Made by a program: the position numbers and the translations under genes | Notes under the pieces: model-generated | Databases searched by the model: none | Told to the model about the DNA's origin: nothing | What the model saw: the letters and a program-made list of their open reading frames with translations, nothing else | In this document: positions 9,258 to 15,482 of the stretch, one piece after another | Layout of the letters: every line of letters starts with the position of its first letter | How positions within the stretch are numbered: the first letter of the stretch is position 1 | Virus record (IMG/VR): IMGVR_UViG_3300012665_000552 | Location: 1 to 26,884 of that record | Length of the DNA stretch: 26,884 bases | Reading direction: 5' to 3' (one strand) | DNA from: a virus | Lineage: Duplodnaviria; Caudoviricetes

Positions 9258-10096
9258 GCGGTAACGCCCTTAAAAAACTAGGCATTGATGCCGCAGAAAA
9301 CAATCCTAGCGCAGGTGTACTAGTTAAACTAACACCTAAGACATTCTTACAGGTTAAACAAGATCTACAGCCAGTACTAGCCGCAGTAGGCGATACTGGA
9401 CGTTGGACTACGGGTGGAGCAGGATCATGGGATCCAGAACACCCATTCGCACACAAAGGTACTACTAAGATTGAAAGCGGTGATGTTGACGTGTTTATGG
9501 ATTCCGACAAGATCAAACGCAAATTAAAGATGCCCGCTACAGCAGACGACAAAGCAGTTCGTAAAGCACTAGCAGATCGCATGGCCAAGTATTACCCTAC
9601 TACACAAATTGGTACAAACGTACACATTGGGTTTCCAACGGGTGGCGAAGTAAACGGCTTGCCTACTTACTTTCAAGTAGATCTAATGACAATGCAAAAC
9701 GCAGGTGAAATTGCTCGTCATCACGAACATGATTATTCTGTACAAAATACACCATACAAGGGTGTAGATCAACAGTTAGCCTTATCAAGTTTGATCAACA
9801 CTATTCCAGGACATCCTCCTAAGACTTTTCAATACCACGGCTTTGGCGGCGCACTAAAGAATCGTGCTACAGGCGAAGTTGTTACACGCGATATTGACAA
9901 GATCGCAGACATAGTACTTGGCCCAGGACACAGCTCACAGGACTTGGGCAACGTGGAAAGCATTATAGCCGCAGTAGGCGGTATTAACAGCCCACGTTTA
10001 GCACAGTTCCGTGACGATATGGCTAAAAAGTACCCACAGCTTACAGAGGGATCTGTAGACTGGTTTAAATCGATCAAGCAAAAATTAGCCATTTGA
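9254..10096 (+). CDS. Pol-beta superfamily nucleotidyltransferase-like protein
   Basis: GGAGSW...SGDVDVFM...FQVDLM: GS, DxD and third Asp. Confidence 0.65.
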   Translation: MSGNALKKLGIDAAENNPSAGVLVKLTPKTFLQVKQDLQPVLAAVGDTGRWTTGGAGSWDPEHPFAHKGTTKIESGDVDVFMDSDKIKRKLKMPATADDKAVRKALADRMAKYYPTTQIGTNVHIGFPTGGEVNGLPTYFQVDLMTMQNAGEIARHHEHDYSVQNTPYKGVDQQLALSSLINTIPGHPPKTFQYHGFGGALKNRATGEVVTRDIDKIADIVLGPGHSSQDLGNVESIIAAVGGINSPRLAQFRDDMAKKYPQLTEGSVDWFKSIKQKLAI

Positions 10097-10118
10097 GCTA
10101 GTTTTTAGTTACCAATAC

Positions 10119-10124
10119 TAAATA
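10119..10124 (+). promoter_or_regulatory. Late promoter core TAAATA
   Basis: Intergenic TAAATA upstream of a gene with a strong SD (GAGGAG). Confidence 0.65.
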
Positions 10125-10183
10125 CATATACAAAGCTCACAGAGTAGTGAGTAATGGATTAGCATATTCGAGGAGAAAATATT

Positions 10184-10603
10184 ATGCCATCACAAATCGG
10201 AAACGCAGGTAATATCGTTGATATCGCCGCAAACTACCTAGTATCAAAGCCAAGCACACAATTTGGCACACGTCAATTATCAGTATTAAACATTGCTATC
10301 GCTGATGTATTTGTTAACTACGCAAACAGCAACAGCTTGTTCAGCAAGTCTGTACGTGCACTACAACAAACTGCTGAAGTTTGGGCAGTGTTTACACCAG
10401 TAGACGGTTCACCAGACAGCTTCAATGTTATCATTGCTACTGACACTCAGTGGAACGGTGACAGCGCAAACCAAGGCGCAGTTGGCGGTGCAGCTGGTAA
10501 CGGTGGATACGGTATCTTAGAAACAGCAATTGCAGCTGGTAACGGTGGTGTTTCAGCCGCAGTAACAGCAGTAGCTGGTTTCGTTGCTCCATTCCACGGT
10601 TAA
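10184..10603 (+). CDS. Small Ala/Gly-rich protein, probably an abundant virion structural/decoration protein
   Basis: Own late promoter, strong SD and own terminator; composition typical of structural proteins. Confidence 0.6.
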   Translation: MPSQIGNAGNIVDIAANYLVSKPSTQFGTRQLSVLNIAIADVFVNYANSNSLFSKSVRALQQTAEVWAVFTPVDGSPDSFNVIIATDTQWNGDSANQGAVGGAAGNGGYGILETAIAAGNGGVSAAVTAVAGFVAPFHG

Positions 10604-10633
10604 TTAGTTTTTATTCTCAGGGATGGGAAGACT

Positions 10634-10662
10634 AAGCCTCACTTTTATAGTGGGGCTTTTTT
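10634..10662 (+). terminator. Intrinsic terminator
   Basis: AAGCCTCACT-TTTAT-AGTGGGGCTT-TTTT. Confidence 0.85.
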
Positions 10663-10680
10663 ACGACTGTTAAATATGTC

Positions 10681-11082
10681 ATGCGCTATAAACTATACAC
10701 CCTTGTTGACATTACTAATACTGGACAACACAGACACGAGTCCGGTAAAGAAGCATTGCGCTGGCGAGAACAGAACTATCAGACTGTGTTACAAACTCTA
10801 GGTATTAGAGCAAACATTACAGTAGTGGGCAAACCCGAACTATTAGAAGTAGGCGGCCGTGCTGTTGGATTTGAAACTGATGAAATTCTACGTGTGTGGC
10901 GACTTGACTTTGAAACTGAGCGTGACTTCTTATATGAAAAGAATCATGATCCAATTGGCTATCTTAAAGAAGACTTTCATTTAGTGCCGTATATTCAGGG
11001 TTTAGGCGAATCTATGGAGCAAAGCCATGCTGTATTCAACACAGCTAACCCTGGCGCTAATATAGTTTTCTTTCAAAAGTAA
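10681..11082 (+). CDS. Hypothetical phage protein
   Basis: 133-aa ORF (YTLVDITNTG...EQNYQTVLQTLGIRAN); TAAATA 4 nt before the ATG. Confidence 0.75.
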   Translation: MRYKLYTLVDITNTGQHRHESGKEALRWREQNYQTVLQTLGIRANITVVGKPELLEVGGRAVGFETDEILRVWRLDFETERDFLYEKNHDPIGYLKEDFHLVPYIQGLGESMEQSHAVFNTANPGANIVFFQK

Positions 11083-11192
11083 TAAATACATCTAGTATAA
11101 TCAACATACTAATAGGCACTTTAGGCATTCAATCATAGACTAGGCACATGGCTCAAACACGAGCACTTGACTTATAACATTGGAGATGCCAG

Positions 11193-11492
11193 ATGGCTAC
11201 AGTAGCAGAACGAGTAAGCGTACTCGAAACGAAAGTAGATAACTTTGCTGAAAAGATGGATGATGTCAAATCTGACATATCCACTAACCAAACAACCCTA
11301 TTACAAACGCTGAAAGAAATGCGTGAAGCGTCTACTACTCAACATGCTGAGATGGCTAGCAAGATCAAAGACCTAGAAGGTTTTAGAAACAAGTGGATCA
11401 AGTACGGAATGATTGGTATGGCCTTTGCCGCAGGAGCTGGTTGGATAGGTAATCCTAATTTACCTAGCATTTTAAAATTCCTTGGCGTTTGA
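11193..11492 (+). CDS. Coiled-coil plus C-terminal TM protein (holin/XhlA-like architecture)
   Basis: ERVSVLETKVD heptads; hydrophobic YGMIGMAFAAGAGWIG; SD GGAG; TAAATA at 11083-11088. Confidence 0.55.
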   Translation: MATVAERVSVLETKVDNFAEKMDDVKSDISTNQTTLLQTLKEMREASTTQHAEMASKIKDLEGFRNKWIKYGMIGMAFAAGAGWIGNPNLPSILKFLGV

Positions 11493-11507
11493 TCAGTTAA
11501 ATAATGA

Positions 11508-12212
11508 ATGAAAATACAAGAGCTATCACATGCGCCTATTACGCATAACCCAACACTAAATCCTAAGCTCTGGGATAACAATAAACTCATACCTGAAGTA
11601 CGTGTACAGCTATTAAGAATAGCACGTCACTTCGCAGATTTCCTCAAAGTAGAAAGACTAAACTTACGTGATATTACTATCAGCGGAAGTAACGCTAGCT
11701 TTGGCTACAGCGACAGCAGTGACTTAGATTTACATCTAGTAGCAGATGTTGACACAGCTGAACGTGCTGAACTATACGATGCTAAAAAGAATGTGTACAA
11801 TTTCAAATACAGCATTAAGATCAAAGCTATCGATGTAGAACTGTACGTACAAGACAGTAAACAGGTACATCACTCATCGGGCATTTATAGTGTACTATAC
11901 GACAAGTGGCTAAGCGAGCCCAAAGGCGATGCTCCTACTACCAATGCTAAAGAAGTTAAAAGTAAAGCTCGCAACTATGCGGGCAGAATCAATCAAGCAC
12001 TCAAGTCAAATGACTTAAATACAGCTAGAGAAACAATGTCTAACATTAGACGCTTACGCCAAGCTGGATTAGAAACAGGTGGTGAAGCTAGTGTAGAGAA
12101 TTTAGCATTTAAACTATTACGTGCTAGAGGACAAATAGACAAGTTAGTAAAACATATAACAAAACTGGAAAGTGCTAGTTTAAGCATTGGAGAACATAAT
12201 GAAACGCAATGA
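11508..12212 (+). CDS. Pol-beta superfamily nucleotidyltransferase
   Basis: ITISGSNA...SDLDLHL...DVELYVQ; N-terminus MKIQEL. Confidence 0.75.
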   Translation: MKIQELSHAPITHNPTLNPKLWDNNKLIPEVRVQLLRIARHFADFLKVERLNLRDITISGSNASFGYSDSSDLDLHLVADVDTAERAELYDAKKNVYNFKYSIKIKAIDVELYVQDSKQVHHSSGIYSVLYDKWLSEPKGDAPTTNAKEVKSKARNYAGRINQALKSNDLNTARETMSNIRRLRQAGLETGGEASVENLAFKLLRARGQIDKLVKHITKLESASLSIGEHNETQ

Positions 12213-12687
12213 AATTATAGAAGGTGTAGCAGGTCCTAAGAACTGTTGGCCTGGACATAGAAAAGTTGGTACCCAACCTGGCACTGGTAAGAACAAAGGC
12301 AAGCGTGTAAACGACTGCGAAAAGATTGAAGAAGGCGAAGCAGTTATCAAAACAATTGATGACAAACATGCTGAACTAAATGACCCAACTACTGGTGTGA
12401 CTTATAACATTGATAGAACAAATCCACAAGGTGCGGCTTCATTACAGCCTGATCCAGAAACCGGCGCAGTTAAGTTCGACCCAACTCCAGAACCAGCAGG
12501 CGCAGTTGCCGCAGGCGACAAACCAAATCCACTAGCCGCAGGTGCTAAAGTTGAAATTGATACAATGGAAGCTGGCGAAGAAGAATTAGCTAAGCCATCA
12601 AAGGCACCTGTTGACACAGTTGCCGAAGCTCGTAAGAGAGATGACGAGTTGTTAGATAAAATGTTAACTATCGCAAAACTAAGATGA
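12199..12687 (+). CDS. Hypothetical, probably head-internal modular protein
   Basis: ATG 12199 with GGAG SD (track start is TTG 12187); MKRNEIIEG, a CW-x-G...NDC basic module, acidic C-terminal half. Confidence 0.7.
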   Translation: MKRNEIIEGVAGPKNCWPGHRKVGTQPGTGKNKGKRVNDCEKIEEGEAVIKTIDDKHAELNDPTTGVTYNIDRTNPQGAASLQPDPETGAVKFDPTPEPAGAVAAGDKPNPLAAGAKVEIDTMEAGEEELAKPSKAPVDTVAEARKRDDELLDKMLTIAKLR

Positions 12688-12935
12688 AAATAACAGAGCT
12701 TCTAGGTATAACTGAAGAAACAGCTACGTTGCCCAAGTATGAGCTTATTGACGGCTTTGAGATCTGGACAACTAACGAAGAAGCTTCGCTGTTGAAGAAA
12801 CTACAAATACCTGTTAAGCTGTCTAGTTTAAACGAGCAGGATCAGTTCAGAGTTCAGGCCATGATTCGCAAAAGTTTGGTAACTAAGATAGGGATGAAGG
12901 ATCCTTCGGTAGTAGCCAATGAAAAAACCAAATAA
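12684..12935 (+). CDS. Hypothetical protein (MKITEL N-terminus)
   Basis: ATGA overlap; TTNEEASLL...MIRKSLVTK. Confidence 0.7.
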   Translation: MKITELLGITEETATLPKYELIDGFEIWTTNEEASLLKKLQIPVKLSSLNEQDQFRVQAMIRKSLVTKIGMKDPSVVANEKTK

Positions 12936-13377
12936 AAAATTTAACAAACAAAAGATAGTAAAAGAACTAGCAGAGCAGTTTGACAGTGAAATGTCAAAGG
13001 CACTTCAAGTTACTGTGTTGCCCAATGGTGATGCTGTTTATAAGAGCTATGTTATTAAACTAACAAAATTAGGCACGTGGGGAGTATACCGCTACAAAGG
13101 CTCAGAGCTGTTAGACCAATACTTTCTTAAGAGCTGTGCGCTTATGGCTGCTAAAGCCCACCACAGTACACACCTTGACAAGTACTTTGAAATTAAACGT
13201 TTAGATAATTGTTACTGGGCAAACTATAGCGATAACTTAATCTATAAGAAAAACATTAAAACCGCAAAGGAACTTGATAGGTACATTGTTTTGTTAAATA
13301 AACTTGAAGACAGCGAACACAAGGCTAACCATTACAAGGATGAAATATCCAGAATGTTTAAGTGGTCGTTTGTATAA
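12919..13377 (+). CDS. Hypothetical phage protein
   Basis: 152-aa ORF in operon context. Confidence 0.7.
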   Translation: MKKPNKKFNKQKIVKELAEQFDSEMSKALQVTVLPNGDAVYKSYVIKLTKLGTWGVYRYKGSELLDQYFLKSCALMAAKAHHSTHLDKYFEIKRLDNCYWANYSDNLIYKKNIKTAKELDRYIVLLNKLEDSEHKANHYKDEISRMFKWSFV

Positions 13378-13380
13378 ATA
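13373..13380 (+). promoter_or_regulatory. T4-type late promoter TATAAATA
   Basis: Full consensus 26 nt upstream of ATG 13407. Confidence 0.75.
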
Positions 13381-13406
13381 CATAATAAGATTTCTAGGAA
13401 AGAATC

Positions 13407-14381
13407 ATGCAAATTAGAGAATTTTCACAACCAGTTACAAGTAAGAAGCTTAATGAAAGCCTTGCTAAACAATTTGGCTATAAGATCAACTTAGAGCAGT
13501 TTAGCGATGTGCAGCTTGAAGATGCACGCAATAAACTACGCACAAAGATGAGCCAATTTGAACTTGGTGAAAGTTTTGACAGCGTGGTTGAAAGCCCAAC
13601 ATATCAAAAGACACGTTTAATGTTAGATTGTATCAATCAAGCTATCCTAGAACGTGAAGAAACTGAAAAGTGTGATGATTGCGGAAAAGCATCATGTGAA
13701 TGCGATGACCACGATCACGAAGAAGTAAAGAAAGACGACAAGAAAAAATCACGTAATGATGAAAGCTATATTGCTAGCACAGTTCGTCAACGTGCCATGG
13801 CACACTCAATCCCACAAAGCTGGATTGACAGTACAATTGATAAGATTAACCTAGGCGAAGCAGATCGTGACGAGTTAAAGGCAGAACTACAAGTACGCTA
13901 TGACATTAACGAATCAACAGCCAGCTGGATGTTGCTAGAAGGCGAAGAAGACAAAGCTGAAATCATTATGTCTACGAAAGATATGGTTGACCGTATTACT
14001 GGTTGGCTAGAAGACGTAGCTACAATGAAGTCAGAACATTTATTAGAACTAGGTGACTCTATAAGAGCTCAGTTAGGCAGCGATGTGGCACAGCAATATA
14101 ATGACGCTGTTAAGCCAGCATTAGAAGCAATTTATTCAGCAATTGAAAGCAGTCGTACAAGCCTACAAGGCGCACTGGCGATTGTATCAGGCGGCGAAGC
14201 TCCAACAATGGGCGTACCAGCAGGTGGCGAAATTGGCGGAACTGACTTAGGCGCAGAAGAACCAATGGGCGCAGAAGAGGCTCCATTACCATCAATGGGC
14301 GCAGAAGCAGGCAGAGAAAAACGTGAATCAGTAGATTACAGCAGACGTTTAGGCTTGTTGTTAAACTCAAAAAAAAAGTAA
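13407..14381 (+). CDS. Acidic helical protein, putative prohead core/scaffold-like
   Basis: Late promoter; MQIREF N-terminus; many hydrophobic-x-E sites (LNE, LGE, VVE, ILE, INE, LLE); ends SKKK on an A9 run. Confidence 0.55.
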   Translation: MQIREFSQPVTSKKLNESLAKQFGYKINLEQFSDVQLEDARNKLRTKMSQFELGESFDSVVESPTYQKTRLMLDCINQAILEREETEKCDDCGKASCECDDHDHEEVKKDDKKKSRNDESYIASTVRQRAMAHSIPQSWIDSTIDKINLGEADRDELKAELQVRYDINESTASWMLLEGEEDKAEIIMSTKDMVDRITGWLEDVATMKSEHLLELGDSIRAQLGSDVAQQYNDAVKPALEAIYSAIESSRTSLQGALAIVSGGEAPTMGVPAGGEIGGTDLGAEEPMGAEEAPLPSMGAEAGREKRESVDYSRRLGLLLNSKKK

Positions 14382-14432
14382 CTGAAGCGATAGATCCCTT
14401 AGTGGCAACACTAAGGGCTATTCAAAGCTCGG
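14372..14432 (+). other. Candidate programmed -1 frameshift signal (slippery heptamer plus stem-loop)
   Basis: In-frame A AAA AAG (14372-14378) directly before TAA. Perfect CCCTTAGTG-GCAA-CACTAAGGG hairpin (14396-14417), extendable to about 14382-14432. The -1 frame is open to 14698. Confidence 0.7.
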
Positions 14433-14698
14433 CAGACAATCAAAACGCAGAAGCACCTATGACTTGGCAAGCTCTTAATGTTGCCGCTAATAACATGGGC
14501 GCACCAAATATCGACTACGATAGATTTGCGGCACGTTGGGAAACAGATCCAATACTTAAAAAGCTAGTAGATCGCTTTGATAGTGCCGGCGTTGTTATCA
14601 AAACAAACGATAAGGCTACCCAAACTCCACATAAAGAACGTGAAGGCATTGTAGATAGAACTGCTAAGGCCGCGGCTCGCAGACATTTGGGCAAATAA
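14378..14698 (+). CDS. Coding region probably expressed as a -1 frameshift extension of 13407 (track start GTG 14402)
   Basis: Frame open from the A run (VTEAIDPLVATLRAIQ...). The GTG has no clear SD and lies inside a stem. Confidence 0.65.
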   Translation, partial: VTEAIDPLVATLRAIQSSADNQNAEAPMTWQALNVAANNMGAPNIDYDRFAARWETDPILKKLVDRFDSAGVVIKTNDKATQTPHKEREGIVDRTAKAAARRHLGK

Positions 14699-14701
14699 TC
14701 A

Positions 14702-14730
14702 TTGACAGATAGCGCAATTTGTAATATAAT
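14702..14730 (+). promoter_or_regulatory. Perfect sigma70 promoter
   Basis: TTGACA-N17-TATAAT; ATG begins 7 nt after the -10 box. Confidence 0.9.
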
Positions 14731-14736
14731 TGCGCT

Positions 14737-15456
14737 ATGACCTTACTCAAAGAACGATATGACTACACTCCTTTAGACAGGGCTAGTGTAGATGGAAAGC
14801 GTTTATATGCTACTCCAGACGGAAACAAGTTACCATCCGTCACAACAATCCTAGACAAGACTAAACCAGCAGAAAAAGTTGCCGCACTACAAGCGTGGCG
14901 CCGTTCTGTTGGTGAAAAGAAAGCTACAGAGATTGTTACTGAAGCCGCAAGTCGCGGCACACGTATGCACAAGTATCTAGAAGATTACATTACACAGGGC
15001 ACTTTAAATGACCCGGGTACTAATCCATATAGTATACAAAGTCACAAGATGGCCAAGCATATTATTGAACACGGACTTAAGAATGTAGACGAAGTATGGG
15101 GTGTAGAAGTAGGGTTATACTACCCTGAATTATATGCGGGAACTACTGACTGTGTGGGCATACACTTAGGCGATGGCGCTATCATGGACCATAAGCAAAC
15201 TAACAAGCCCAAGAAGGACGAGTGGATTGAGGACTACTACTTACAAATGGTAGCGTATGCTCTAGCACACAATAAGGTACACGGAACTAACATTCAAAAG
15301 GGTGTTGTGTTTATGTGCGTAAAACCCCCAGAACTAGGCAAAACGCTAACTTGGGGCGAACCTGCTTATCAGGAGTTTATCCTAACTCCGGACAAGTTTG
15401 GCTACTGGGAAAAACAATGGTGGAATAGGGTGGAGCAGTACTACCGAGAAAACTGA
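14737..15456 (+). CDS. PD-(D/E)XK exonuclease (MGME1/Cas4-like phage nuclease)
   Basis: LPSVTTIL, RGTRMH, E...YAGTTD...IMDHKQ, YYLQ..AYA. Confidence 0.85.
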   Translation: MTLLKERYDYTPLDRASVDGKRLYATPDGNKLPSVTTILDKTKPAEKVAALQAWRRSVGEKKATEIVTEAASRGTRMHKYLEDYITQGTLNDPGTNPYSIQSHKMAKHIIEHGLKNVDEVWGVEVGLYYPELYAGTTDCVGIHLGDGAIMDHKQTNKPKKDEWIEDYYLQMVAYALAHNKVHGTNIQKGVVFMCVKPPELGKTLTWGEPAYQEFILTPDKFGYWEKQWWNRVEQYYREN

Positions 15457-15462
15457 TAAATA
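15457..15462 (+). promoter_or_regulatory. Late promoter core TAAATA
   Basis: Immediately after the nuclease stop, upstream of the GAGG SD of the tailspike-like gene. Confidence 0.65.
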
Positions 15463-15482
15463 TCCCATAAGAGGATATTATT

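Noticed and set aside
10489-10548. 18-bp direct repeat TGCAGCTGGTAACGGTGG (x2), and MGAE repeats near 14250-14310
   Set aside because: In-frame coding duplications in low-complexity segments, with no sign of att sites or mobility.
14369-14377. A9 run as a mere sequencing error or pseudogene break
   Set aside because: Cannot be excluded without reads, but the in-frame A AAA AAG, adjacent stop and strong downstream hairpin together favour a programmed signal.
14737-15456. Cas4/CRISPR system
   Set aside because: No repeat-spacer array or other cas genes, and no four-Cys cluster pattern; a stand-alone phage nuclease.
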